A stretch of 64,000 bases of DNA, taken from the NCBI GenBank assembly GCA_045837725.1, contig JBEWZL010000123.1, positions 310,001 through 374,000 of the forward strand, in the 5' to 3' direction. The stretch comes from Vermamoeba vermiformis. Taxonomy: Eukaryota. Of the stretch, positions 1 to 13,128 are shown in pieces; position 1 is the stretch's first letter, and the number at the start of each line of letters is the position of its first letter. The notes under the pieces were generated by a model that saw only the letters and a list, made by a program, of their open reading frames with translations, was not told where the DNA came from and did not search any database. Position numbers and translations under genes: made by a program.

Positions 1-949
1 CTTTCTGATTCTGGTTGGTTTGATCGATGTCAAGTTTGGACGAGATAACGAGATGTCGACCCTCTGTTGTTTAATCTTGCATAATCTATTAGCCAGAGGT
101 GAGACAGACACCACTATATGTAAATTTATAATATTAAAAATTGATCAGGTTGTCCGCCATCGGATGTAATTCCAGATCTGCTGTCCCTCCTAAGCAATTT
201 GGCTAAGAAGACGTCATCAGACCCAATGTTGAAAGTACTCGCCATGCAAGCCGTTGGGATGCTGAATACGTACAGTAAGCGCTCAAAACATAATTAGAAA
301 AATTAACACAAATCCAACGCACGGAAGCCAAATTTCTTTCCCCGGAAATGAGAATCCCCAGAAAATTTAAAAGTAATCAATAGCCGCTAATAACCGCTGC
401 TTTATAGATCCTTCGCCCGACATCTGCAGTCTAGTTTCCGACTTTTGCATCAATTTCAAGTGGGACTTCGCAGTCGATCCGGCGTTTTCCGTTTCACCCC
501 AAGACTTGATCCGATTACTTGACTCGCATGTGCCTGAGCTGAATCACCTAGGATTATGGCTATTGGCGCACGGAGAGGCTAATTCACTCTTCGACTGGAA
601 ATTTGTGGCATTGCAATTAGAGTCGATGTCTTGCCTCGATTGGGAAAAAACACACGTGCAGTATTTCCACTTCTATCATCTTGCAATATCAAACGTTAAT
701 AACGTAACACCTGGCATCTGGAACAAAATTTTCAACTCACCCACTATCAAAGTACGAAGGCGATGCGAGTGTTTAAAATTGGTACCGCGTGGCTTTGCCG
801 ATCAATTTATTATCATCGAGAAGCCTAAACCGATCGAAGACATCGAGAATAGGATTTTTGGCAATTATCCGCCCCTAAACAATAACAATGCCAACACGAA
901 CGAAGAACATTCTACGAGTGAGACGACAGCGAGTGTGGAAGAAAGGTAG
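1..949 (+). CDS. 3' part of a multi-exon gene, unknown helical protein (5' end outside window)
   Basis: Exons ~1-98, ~149-270 and ~408-949 are joined by GT-AG introns. The last exon is in frame with ORF 506..949 and ends in TAG. No recognisable family. Confidence 0.5.
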
Positions 950-1649
950 TGTTCGATCATCGGATCATCTCAAAATACATCGTGTACATCTTGTAATATA
1001 GAATTGAGCAAAGACTCAATCGCGAATAAACCGTGATAAATAATTGTGATCGAACCAATAATCTCTTGCGTTTATGCATTGGTCATTCTCTTTTCGATAG
1101 ATCATCGAAGTGTTTACTGCTTTTGGGAAGGGTTTCTCGTCGTGCGGAGCTTAACTTTTAGAAATCGAGTTTTCGGGTTGCGGAAGGGTTTGATGTGTGC
1201 CGTTCGCTTTCTAATGAGCTCTAATAACAATAATGAGATTGATTTATTGCATACTAGGAGAGGGAGTTTCCGACTTTCGGTTTTCTATAATAGGAATGAA
1301 AATATTATAATAACGCGTGCCAGCAATCTTCCAAAATCCTGTCACGCATCAAGCAGGCGTAGATTTAGATCTGATGGCATAGATCTATTATGGCTATTAT
1401 GCATCCTGAAACAGCGGACTTGCCTTGGATCACGATACTGAAACTACCCGTTGACGACCTTCATTAGAATCGTTCATTCACTTGTTTACGCTATAGACGC
1501 GCTTGACGTATAACATGCATTAGCTGAGTCATTCTTTTTTGAAGCTTAAGCGAATTGTTGACGACGGATCGTGCCTCTTCGTCAAAAATCTTTTGCGCGA
1601 ACGATCGAGTTGTTTCCATTTGACCAAGGGTGAGAGACCACATATAATA

Positions 1650-4336
1650 ATGTTTGCAGTCAAGAATATCGCAAAGAAATTGGTGTCTGCCAAAAAAGTG
1701 GCACATCTGGTAAGATTAGGCTGGAATGGATCCTCCTGTTGATTTTACGGTTTAAAAAATTAATTTAAGTGCACAATTATTTATTGTATTGAATGCCCCG
1801 ATGGAATATTAGAAGGGCGTGGCTGTTAATTTAATAGTTGTAATTGCAATCTGAATCTAGAAGCACCAGTTTAGAAAATTACTACGAATATCTCCAATGC
1901 AACGAAAAATATTTATTTGTAATATATACAATTTCTAACGTATATTACCTAATTTTTGTAGGCTAAATTACAAACAGCCGGATTCATGACCTCAAAGAAG
2001 ACACAAGGAACTCCTGAAGGCATTAAAGTTCAACCTTATGCATTTAAAGACCCCGGAGGTCCTAAACAAGAAATGAACTTATTTACAGCCATTAACAACG
2101 CTTTGCAAATTGCCCTTGAAACTGATCCTAAAGCCGTAAGTAAATGTCAATCGAATTATGGCTTAAATCTGCTCTAAAACAGTACAATAATCACACCAAA
2201 CTGTATTTTTACTAATTTGCTGCACCGAAATAGTTCTGTGTATTTGACCGGTTGATCGGCAGTACTATTTTACTAATTTGGCTTATTACTATTGTTAACT
2301 TATTACCGTTGCAAAGCTTCATATGAAGTAATTATTTAATGCGTATAATTGGCTCCGTCTCATTGTTTGTTGTCACGCGATCTGATCCATTTGTAATAAC
2401 AGGTCATTTTTGGTGAAGACGTAGCTTTCGGTGGAGTTTTCCGATGTTCAGTGAATTTGAAGGAGAAGTTTGGCAAAGATAGAGTGTTCAATACACCTCT
2501 TAGTGAGCAAGGTATGGCGCATTCCAGATCTAGTTTAACAGCGTTATCGATAAATAGTGAAAAGCAAACGATAGAAATTTACTTAATTTTGCAATTTCAA
2601 TTTCCGCGTTCTATTTCCGACACTTTTCCATTTTAGGTATCGCTGGTTTTGCTGTGGGTATGGCTGCAGCGGGTGCCACTCCAATTGCTGAGATTCAATT
2701 TGCCGATTACATCTTCCCTGCTTTCGATCAGGTACCATTTATGGCATTAACATTTATTTATTTGGTTCGAATTTTTTTCGCGTGCTGGAAATCCTTCCCT
2801 AAATCGTAGTTACGTAATTACGATTGCACGGGGTGGCAATAAGGCAATCCCCAATTTCGAAATTCCCTTTTTGGTCGATCAAAATCATAAACGTAATCAA
2901 GGTATATTAACGTATTATTTAAGATTGTGAATGAAGCTGCCAAATACCGATACAGATCCGGTGGTCAATTTGACGTCGGAGGCTTGACTTTCAGATCCCC
3001 TTATGGTGCTGTCGGGTACGTCCATATCCAATAGCTTTACTATATACCATCGAATAATACTCCGATCTACGCGATCGAAAGCAAAATAACCGATGAAAAG
3101 TGTCATTACAAAGTGTCAATTTTTGGATGTCGTCCCCGAGTTGGTTATCATTTTTATTAACTATGACTTATCGAACAGTCACGGAGGTCACTACCACTCT
3201 CAATCACCCGAAGCTTACTTTGTACACACTCCTGGTCTCAAAGTAGTCGTCCCCTCAACACCCGCTGAAGCCAAGGGTCTTTTGTTGGCCTCTATTCGTG
3301 ACAAGAACCCCGTCCTGTTCTTTGAGCCCAAATGGCTGTACAGAACTGCCCGTGAAGAGGTTCCTCTCGCGGACTACGAGATTCCTTTAGGCAAGGCACG
3401 CATTGTTCAAGGTACGTACTTTGACACGTGTCAAATGAGTTAGATCCTCACACACGGATCTACTTGACTAGTCATTTTGATTAACCCGACGGCTTTATTA
3501 ATATCTATTGTTATTTACAGAGGGCAAGGATATTACAATTGTTGGCTGGGGTGCTCAGATCCACGTCCTTCAAAATGCCGTTGATATGGCTAAAGAAAAG
3601 GTACGCATTAATTAATTATTGCCACTCTATAAGAATGTATATATGCTGTAATTTCGAAAGATTCTTTTACCAAATTTTGCGATGAGACCCTGTCTCAGTC
3701 ACGAAATTGGCCCTTCGTTCAGTGAAAGCACAATGCAGTTGTGCAAACCAAATCTATTACGACAGATTAATTAATCTGATTCAATACTATAGTTGGGCAT
3801 TTCATGCGAGTTGATCGACTTGCGAACACTGTCGCCGTGGGATGTCGAGTGTGTCGAACAATCAGTGAAGAAGACTGGTCGATTAGTCGTCAGTCATGAG
3901 GCCCCTAAGACTTGCGGTTTGGGTGCTGAAATCTCTGCCACTATCCAGGTAAGCACGTGCATACAATTTATTGAAACCGGATTCGTTCCGTTATTCATTT
4001 TTGTTTCCTCCATCCGACGGATCTGGGATCTAGCTTGTAAACAAAGTTAAATATTAATATGACCATTTAGTATTAATTTACAGCTGTCTAATTATTTTTG
4101 TCTAAATTTGGATATTAACTTGATTGTATTTGCTACGATTGTGTATCTCCCTTGTACTTCTTTCTAATAAGAAAATTTTATTATAGGAACGTTGCTTCCC
4201 ATACTTAGAAGCCCCTATTCAACGAATTTGCGGCTATGACACTCCTTTCCCTCTGATCTTCGAGCCGTTCTACAATCCCGACAAGTTCAAGAATTTGGAC
4301 GCAATTGAAAAGAGCGTTAAATACGATTTTGAATAA
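1650..4336 (+). CDS. BCKDHB: 2-oxoisovalerate dehydrogenase E1 beta subunit, mitochondrial (multi-exon)
   Basis: Exons give [93 protein letters not shown] and [15 protein letters not shown]. Exon 1 is basic and presequence-like. Stop TAA 4334-4336. Confidence 0.95.
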
Positions 4337-4915
4337 TAATAATAATACTATTGATCATGATATTGCGTTAATTTTTGTCATATATTATTAGTATCCACCT
4401 ATAAAACTTCGTTGCTGCCTCTGACGCGACAGTTCTCATTAGAAAAAAAATGCCATAGCCATGAGCGGATACTAACTCCGTTACGATACAATAGCGGATT
4501 TAGCTTGGGATCTCATTTGTATTGTTGTCAATTCCGGTGACACGTTTGGTTGACTGCAGTCAGGGTTGGACTTGTGTCATGCAGATACCGAAATCTAACA
4601 GTGTGCTTACTAAGCAATCAGGCCTGCTGTTGTAGGAACTTGCTTGCTGGTACCAAAAATCAACTTGTAGTATTGATAGCCACTCACGGGCAAAGACCGA
4701 TAATTTTTATCAAACCCTAACCCTAAAAATTTTGACATACAACATATTAAATTGTGCGTATAAACGGTATTTTATTTACAAAAGTTCGCGGTTCTTTATC
4801 CATGCACCACCAGATTCTAACTTGCCACTTCTAGCGCTCTTTTTGTCATAACAGAATCGCACATTTTGCGCAGAAGTTGAATTCGGCTAAGTACTAACAA
4901 GGGCCAATGATAACA

Positions 4916-6716
4916 TTAAGGCTGCGGAGCATCACTTGAACCACCTGCTTGTCGTGGTGAAGCCAATTCAGTGCTCTTTTGACCACCGCTGCCGGATGAG
5001 GACTTCGGTTTCGAGCGAACGTTGAAAAACGAGATTTGAATGGTGAGTGCGGCAGAAGCATATACATAGTTGCCTAGTCTCGTCATTTGGTACGCGTATA
5101 TCATCGCTACTGTTTCATAATTCAAGAAACCAGTGGCCACGTAGCATATCGCGTTGCAAAGTAGAATAATCAACATAATTGCGCATGCCATAATACGTTT
5201 TTGTAGCTGTACATAAAAATTGATTAATATTTTGAATAAATTTTCGAGCGAGATCAGATCCAGTACAAAAGTTTTAAGACTTACCAATTGAGTCGATTTT
5301 GATGCCCGCTCGCTCTTAGTGACATTCAAGTTCTTGTTATAAAGCTGTTTGAAGAGCTTAACCGACACTACGTTATAAAGTATAAGAATAGCGAGCAACA
5401 CTAGGCAAAATACTGCTAAGACTACGTAATGCGCTATACTGCTGAATGCACCGCCAATATTCACGGCCAATAGTGCCTAATAAAAGAGTTAATAATGTAA
5501 TAAAACTTTAAATTCTGGTTACGTACTAGTAAAAGGATCGGCAAGACCTTCAGCGACATCTTCAACCAAGCGGCCGGCTTCTTATTGGAGAATACTAGAC
5601 CGTACCAATATAGTACTACGAATGTTGTTACAGCGCCCATGACGATCATTCCCATGACGGATGTGTATCGAAGACCCTCTAGGGAAATTGTATTCTCCAA
5701 TACATAATGATTGGTCTCGACGATCATAAACATTACTATTACTATATTAATATGATATTAGTATGACTATAAAGCAGCTTATAAGGAAGTTTAAGGTGAC
5801 TTACAAGAGCTCGCAATAAAATATAGTACAAGACACCAATGAGGAACGCTCTTAAATACGCAGGACTGCGCTTTAACGAATAATATGAACTTATATAAAG
5901 AGAAGCCCATATTAAATAGCGATAGTGTTCCTGCAACGCCAATTAAGATCGAATTTGGCGCCGAATGATACATTTCAGCCCAAGGGTTATATCCTGTCGT
6001 AATATAATCATAATTAGACTTAATGAATGTTGTTGTGTATCGGTTTAATTCTGAGCGTTATAATAATTCGAAGGGATTGCAAATCCAAACTGAAAATTAT
6101 CCGAATAATTCGCAACTAAAGTTGCAAATTACCTAAAGAATCGATCGTCGCAGTCACTACAGACGTTGAATTAACAATACTAATCAGATCTTCGAAGTCC
6201 TAATGAATAACAAGGTGAGATACTTTCCGAGACAAAAATAGATCTTCATACGTTTGAGAGAATGGAAAGTGTCGGGATAGTATATTCGTATGCTTGGGCT
6301 GCTGCAGGCACTCCATAAATATCTCCAATAATATAAGTCGTTGGTGACGCTTGAAACACTCCCGCCTGCGGAGATCCGAAATTAATTTATTTTATTAACG
6401 GATGTATTTGTTTACTTACCAAAGCTTTGGCATTCTGGACATTTAATATCCTTTCGTATAATAAGCAGGAGCTATTGTATCGCACTAAAGCGATTAGACC
6501 CTCCACATCCGCTGTTATCGGAGCGCATCCGTTGTCAACGATAACGAGCTGGCCAGTGAGAGAAAAGTCTCTAACTGATATTAAAAAGCGAGCAGTATTA
6601 TAACTAACTCCTTTATATGCATCTGGAGACTCTATCGTAGGTGCTGCCAAACATCGAAACAGCGCGAAGTAAATCCAGCATTGAAGAAACGTCGCTTTAA
6701 ACAAATGCGATTTCAT
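4916..6716 (-). CDS. signal peptide + PA (protease-associated) domain + 7-TM GPCR-like membrane protein
   Basis: N-terminal signal peptide, then GCAP..VEGLIALVRYNSSC..YERILNVQNAKAL (PA-like). Spliced downstream exons give seven hydrophobic helices and a Ser/Gly-rich tail. Confidence 0.6.
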
Positions 6717-7096
6717 ATCCGCGAATTTGTTGTAGTCGTGTTGGGGTAAAAAGGCAATAAACTAACCCCAACAACAATTTTAAGTCGTGTCACCCGTTCA
6801 CAAATTTGTATTTTTCGTTGAACGCGCTTAATTTCGAAAAAAGAATAAAACTTATTGCTCCATTAATACGAGTATCCCGATATATCGGCACGGAACTATA
6901 ATCAGGAAGATCGACCATTACTTAAGATTAAACTCGAAAATATCCGCGGTTGAAAACTTGCCGGATTTGCGATCCTCCAATTTAAGCTAATTCTATAAAT
7001 GTAATACTTCTAGAATATTGCATTAATAAATTTAAAAATACGAAAACTACGCATTTGGAAGCCTTAATTTTGAAAAATATATTTGTTTTGGAGGTT

Positions 7097-8880
7097 TTAT
7101 ACACGTAGAATTTGCATCTTACTGCCGAAAGCGATAGCGATCCAATCAGGCTGATTAATCGACCATTGAAGCTGATTCACTTCTGCTTCTGCGCTGTAAG
7201 CTAAAATCGGATCTGCAACAAAAATTAATTAGTCCCGACTTTCTACTCTACTAGCATTATAACTGATTATATCGTCCATCAATAATTATAATTCTTATAT
7301 TCAGATATAATAGTGCAACTGAGCTAAGCGTGACTGGTAATTGAAAAGAAATTTTGCTCGTGTTTGGGATCGGATCTTTTACGTACCTTGGATGGGTTTA
7401 GGTAATGGTGACAAGTCCCAAATCAATGCCTGTGCATCATCACCGGCAGTGCAAATATGGCACGATGAGTGCGGGGCCCATGCAAGTGAGTTTAAGCACG
7501 CTGTGTGGCCTGAAAGTTCTGCAGCCGGGATCGACGGTACTCTGAAAAAGAAGTCATTTGTTAAGCGATGCAAATACGAATATACTCTTAATATACTATA
7601 ATATATCATAATTGCCCTTTGCGAATCGAATTTAAGATTATCTAAGTATACCGCAAAATACATTTCCATAAAAGGAAATGGTGAGAGCGTTCAATTTGCT
7701 GGATCCGCTCTAAATTAATAAAATAACATGGTAGTATATATCTAAGTACCTGATATCAATAATAATAGCTTTAGAGTTGTCCATCATCATCGTGGCCAAG
7801 TAGTTCGGATCTTGTTTGTTCCACGCCAATCGTAACAAAGGCACAGAGCCTTCAGGTGTTTCATAAATAATTGTCGAGTGTTCTAAGCTCCTAAAAATTA
7901 CCAAATTTATTGTTAGAATTGCCATATTAAGAAGCACAGGTAATAAACTTTTGCAAATAAATGAACTTGCCAGCGGAAAAAAATTTAAGCTTCAGCTTCG
8001 TGCGAATTATGAATAAATATTATTTATACATTTATATTAATATTACTGTACTATATTCGTATGAAAAAGTTGTTGGGACGTACCTGAGATCGAACATACG
8101 AACTGAGCCATCTGCGCCGACGGATGCGAAAACGTCAGTGCCGCGAGCAAATGCAATATCATATACATCTCTATCGTGTGCAATTAATTGTGTAACGGCT
8201 TGTTCAGTCTAAATATTGTTAAATTAATAAAGTTTGATTCTTTTTCGATATTTAGGCAGATGCAGCTTTTTTGAATTAATTCCTACCTTAATATTCCAAA
8301 TAGTGCACGTTGTGTCAATGCTTGAAGTACCAATATAATCCGGATTCGTTTCGTTCCAGTCAAAAGACGTCAATGGAGCACAAAATTCAGAGTGCTTGTT
8401 CTAAAAACGTTCAACAGCGTTAAAAAATTATATAAAAATTCTTAAATATTATTAATTATATTGGATAATTTTTAGACCAATAAATAACGATTTTGCGTCG
8501 CATTCACTTACATTATTTAATAAACTCTTCATTGTAATTTTGTTGTCATCCCCAACTTGCCAAATTCTTAAATAATCTCCCGTCGTGGCCAATAAATCAG
8601 GCTTATTAGCAGCCTTATCAGGAATCCACATAATTTTGGTGGGCGGGTAAGGATGATCGAATTCGCCAACTTGTTCAAAGTCGCCCGACTTATCATTGAG
8701 TTGCACGACCGATACTTTGTTCGTGTAGTCTTCTCTGAAACTGCCCAATGCAAGTCTAAATGGCTTGTCAGGACGAGTAGACCAGCTCATCCCGTAAATC
8801 AGCCAAGGTGCCTGATAGGTATAGATCTCCTTCTTAACGGCATCTTGGTCTGTTGGTGTCGCCATATTTGCTTGTTGCAT
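7097..8880 (-). CDS. DCAF7: WD-repeat protein WDR68/DCAF7 (AN11/TTG1 family)
   Basis: [99 protein letters not shown] and C-terminal MQILRV*. Confidence 0.95.
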
Positions 8881-9044
8881 ATGTTACAGAACGACAATAA
8901 AATGAACGGACAAAAATATTCGTTTATGCCATAAATGGATCCCCGAAAATCAAAAATAAAAGCTGCGCTTGAGGCAGGAGAAAGAACAATTAAATTGAGC
9001 GGAATCAAAATGTTACAGAAGTTCCAAGCTGCCAGTAGCGAAGT

Positions 9045-9262
9045 AAAAAAACAAAAAAGAAATGAGGGCGACGTGATTCGAACACGCAACCATCGGACCT
9101 GGAATCCGCCGCTCTACCGTTGGAGCTACGCCCCCTCAACTTGTTCGTCGTTTGAAGACTCTTTTTCACCACATCACCTGACACGACTCAAGTGAAGCTC
9201 GTGTGATTTGTCCAAAACAAAAACACCTCTTTCCTTGTCGGGCTCACTTTTTCCGTTGTCAA
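9045..9262 (-). repeat. left arm of ~210-bp inverted repeat (tRNA-Trp + ~125 bp 5' flank + T-tract)
   Basis: Reverse complement aligns to 13129-13335. The tRNA is identical and the flank carries several substitutions and indels. Confidence 0.9.
9063..9135 (-). tRNA. trnW: tRNA-Trp(CCA), intronless, copy 1
   Basis: Exact reverse complement of 13255-13327. Cloverleaf has acceptor GGGGGCG/CGCCCTC, D arm GCTC/GAGC, anticodon loop TTCCAGG and T arm GCGTG-TTCGAAT-CACGT, followed by a T-tract. Confidence 0.92.
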
Positions 9263-9294
9263 AAACATAAATAAATTTACCTACTATTGTACAA

Positions 9295-12200
9295 TTACTT
9301 GGGTCTATTCAACTTGGGAGCACCAGCAAGCAGCATGCCTATGCCGCCCATTGGTCCCGCTGCCTTGCCACCTGCGTTATCTCCTCCTTTCGACAGTAAA
9401 GGTCCAGATCTGTCGTTGGTAACGGCTTTCTTCAAACCACCTTTGCAAGTGGGTTAGCCTCGTTAATTGGACGCGTGAATGGACTTAGGACTTACCTTTC
9501 TTGAAGTTGGCAATCGAGGACAAGAGTGCATTGCGTTCACCACTGCTCTCTGGCGGATCATCGTACTCGGGCTGTGGCGCTGCTTTAACAGCAGGAGGTG
9601 GTGGCGGGGGCGGTGTAGAAGCGCCGATGTCCGATTTAATAGGGTGATAGTGGCCTCCCACTGGTGGTGGGGGAGGTGGTGCGTAAGAAGCGTCAATGGA
9701 TGAGTACGCGCCGCTCTTTGGCGGACTGACGGGTGGAGGAGGTGGTGGAGGACTAGTAGCCTTTGGCGATGGAGCGGTGTTCTTGACCACTGGTGGTGGA
9801 GGTGGCGGCACGGACTCGGATCGAGTGTTGTTGTTATTGACGGGCGATGGTTTTGGAGATGAAGACATTGGTGGTGGAGGTGGAGGCGTGGAAGCACCAA
9901 TATCACCCATGCGTGCAACTGCTGCTGGAATGGGAGGTGGTGGCGTTGAAGGATTGTGGTTGTAGATTGAGTTACGAGAGGCAGGTCCGCTTGGAGGTGG
10001 AGGCGGCGAGTAGCTGTTCTGTGGCGGCTGATAAGGATTGATTGGTGGTGGTCCGCTGTAGACAGTCGCTTGTGGCGGAGGAGGAATTGACGAGACTGGA
10101 GGAGGCGGTGCAACTGTCGGTTGAGGAGGAGGTGGCGGCATCTGTAGTGGATTAGTGAAGTCTTTAAGAAGATATATCGCGCTTACATAAGTCGGTGAAT
10201 CATCCATAGTCATGCTTCGCGGTCGCATAGTTGGTGCGGCCTCAGTTGGTTGTTCGCTCAAGCGAGGTGCATCAGCATCAGCAGCAGTGATTTCAAGTGG
10301 CATGGGTGGAGGTCCTTGGCCTTTGAGCTCATCGGGCACGGTCACTAATGAGGCTGCTGGCTTGCTTGGTGTCGGCCATTCGAGCTCGAACACGAACGGG
10401 TCACTAGTGACACGTTAGCTATAATTATACTCGTACACCAAGAATACTTACGCTGCAATAAGTGGTTCACCGTGACTGGGCAGAATGCGCATGATTTGAT
10501 TGACTAACTCGCGCAGACGGTCTCTGTCGCTCGAAGCAACACGATCGATATCAACGAACGGGTAAGAGATGTAGCAGAGTGATTTGTTGTAGTTCAACAT
10601 TTGTCTGATAGCTTGATAGCCTGTGAGTGTCACACGGTTCTTGTCGCAGCTGCAATCAAAGTTAGCTTGAGTAGATTTAGTTGTTGTCTTGTTACGTACT
10701 TGACAGATGTTAACGTGGAGTTTTCACGCAAGGCTGATGCGAGAGCGGACATGCCCATATCGAGGAAACTGTTGTTCGTGACATCGAGCTCGGTCAATGT
10801 TCTGTTGGTCTTCAAAGATCTGAAGAACTGTCCCAATTCCTCGCGCAACTTGTTCTTCTCACCACCGACAAGACTTAACGAGCGCAACGCTGCATTTCGC
10901 TCAACTAACTTTGACAGCGCACCGGCTACTGCAGGCGTGTCACTGTGGGTGAAGTTGTCACCGATGATAAGACGTGTTACGGTAGGTGGCAACGAGTCCA
11001 AAATTTCAACGGCACCTGTCATTTGTTATTGGTTAGGGTTGCACTAAGTCTCGCGAGACGTACTCTTGCGGAGGTTGTTGGAGCTCAAGTTGAGCACGTG
11101 CAAGCCGTTGCCGCGGCGCAATGATTCAGCCAAGAAGGCACCAGCTTTAGGGCCGAAGTTGTTGCCGCTGAAATCGACTGACAAATCGGTCAAAGATTCG
11201 TTTCTGAACAGTCCATCGAGCAGCTTTTGCGCGTTGTCAGAAGGCAAGTTGCAGTTAGCCACTTTGAGCACGCGAAGTGCTTGCATTCCAGTGGCAAATC
11301 GACTCCAAACATCGGGCAGAACTTTGTCGCACCTGTTATTCGACAAGTCCAAATATTCCAGTGATTTCTAGACACGAGTTAGTCTCGGTATTGTAGGCTT
11401 GTTTGTGACTTACGATCCAACGAGCACTTTCGAGCAACTTGAATGTATCAATGAGCGTGTCAGCAACTGCTAATCTACGCAAAGTTGAATAAGCTTTCAT
11501 CGAATTCAACCAATTGCACAGTTCGTCAGTAGCCTCCTCATCGAGCTTGTTGCCGCTGACGCTGAACTCTTCCAATGCCAGGGACATGCCCCAATTCGCT
11601 TTGAATGCGTGCACGATGGCCGTAATACCACGTGGAGGCAACGAACAGTTTGCCAAGTTCAATACTTTGATCACGTGAGGGAAGGCACGAAGGCTCTTTG
11701 CGAATGAAACAATTGCTGAGACTTTGAATACGTTGCCCGACACATCAATGATTTGAATTTGATTGTCAGCGTTGCAGGAAAGCCACTGTAGATTATCGTT
11801 AGCGATTTATAAATACTATAGAATATGGTTACCTCGCCAAATTCAACTGGACAATCAGATCCGGTATTTCTCACAACAATTTTCGTAATCTCGCGTGAGA
11901 ATCGACTCAAATACGCGACGCAACTCATTGCCTCCTTATTTGAAATGTCTTTCATAATCAACGAGCTGGAATTTTGCAAAATTAGCAATTCACTTCTAAT
12001 TCGCCAGTTTTGAATTTTAATACATACTGAAAATAGGGATTATTTTGAAGAGAGCTGCCCAAGCAAGTCATATCAATAGCCAGGTCTGATTTACCATCAA
12101 CACCAGGACAAACCGTCAGATCCAAGTCCTTTCGATTTTGCTGGTCCATGTCAGCCAAAAATTGAATAAAATCCTCGCGTGGAGGCACTTTGCGCTTGTT

Positions 12201-13094
12201 GCAGTAAGCTTTGTAAGTCCACGCAAAGCCTGAGCAAGGTCCAGCCTCTTTTAAGACGGTAAGTACGCAACATCAATCATAATATAAGTCCTCAATAATA
12301 TAATGGTCGATCAACTTACCGAAATGAACATCGAGCTCTTCGCAACTAAAAAAGGAATAAAATTAGTTACGGCATTGTTTCGCCCGTAATGATTCGAAAC
12401 GTGAAAATTTAAAGTAAATAGTCAAATACATAATATGATATTAATTAGCGCGCAATTACGAATCGCTGGTGGCAACTTACTCGTCATCTGGAATTGATAA
12501 TTTGTACATATTTTTCGCTGGCCAACCGACCGATAATTGTCTATAGCTGTTTCTTACGGTCCTCACAATTAATCCAGATTTATCATCGCGAATGTAATAG
12601 AACACGTCGGGAAACTCCAGCGTGATCTGAAATAAAAATTGTGAGATGGCTTTAGAAAGAACAAATTTTGTAACATACCACATTACGCTCATTAGTTTTT
12701 CCTATTTCCTTTAATTCAAGCAAAGCGTGATCTTTTTGAAACTAAGAGAAACTCGTCAGTTAAAAAATATTTACAGCGAATTAATAATTAATATTACCGA
12801 TAATTTGTTGAACATTCCCTTTTTAAAAACAGCAATTCGATATTTGGATATCACAATAACTCTTTTGCTAAATTTTGGAGGCTTTTTCAGATTCGACTTG
12901 TCAGCCTCTACTTTGATTCCACAAGCCTCCACGAAGCCCTTAAAGAGTATTTCATCTTGAGTATTGGTGAACAAGTTAATATACTCCTGCAAAGTTGCTA
13001 AAAGCGAGTCAGTTAGGTTTCGATCACGCATCTTGTAGGTCTTACCATTATGTCCCTCAGACAATGTATTATCCGATGACTTCTTCTTCGACAT
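9295..13094 (-). CDS. CARMIL/Acan125-like protein: PH-like N-terminus, LRRs, proline-rich region, C-terminal WH2
   Basis: KRVIVISKYRIAVF (CARMIL N-terminus), multiple RI-like LRRs (LKTNRTLTELDVTNNSF), polyproline tract and WH2 ERNALLSSIANFKK|GGLKKAVTNDRS. ATG 13094, TAA 9295. Confidence 0.8.
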
Positions 13095-13128
13095 CACGAG
13101 GCCTGGTGCTGTCGCTGGGAAACGGAAA

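Noticed and set aside
1046-1441. 131-aa ORF
   Set aside because: GTG start, no motif or splice support, and it lies in intergenic/promoter DNA.
8799-9195. ORFs 8799..9089 and 8935..9195, and 13301..13618 (the first and last share the start MRVRITSPSFLFCF)
   Set aside because: They are translations across the tRNA genes and inverted repeat, not proteins.
9463-10418. His/Gly-rich ORFs overlapping the proline-rich exon
   Set aside because: Off-frame and antisense shadows of polyproline codons.
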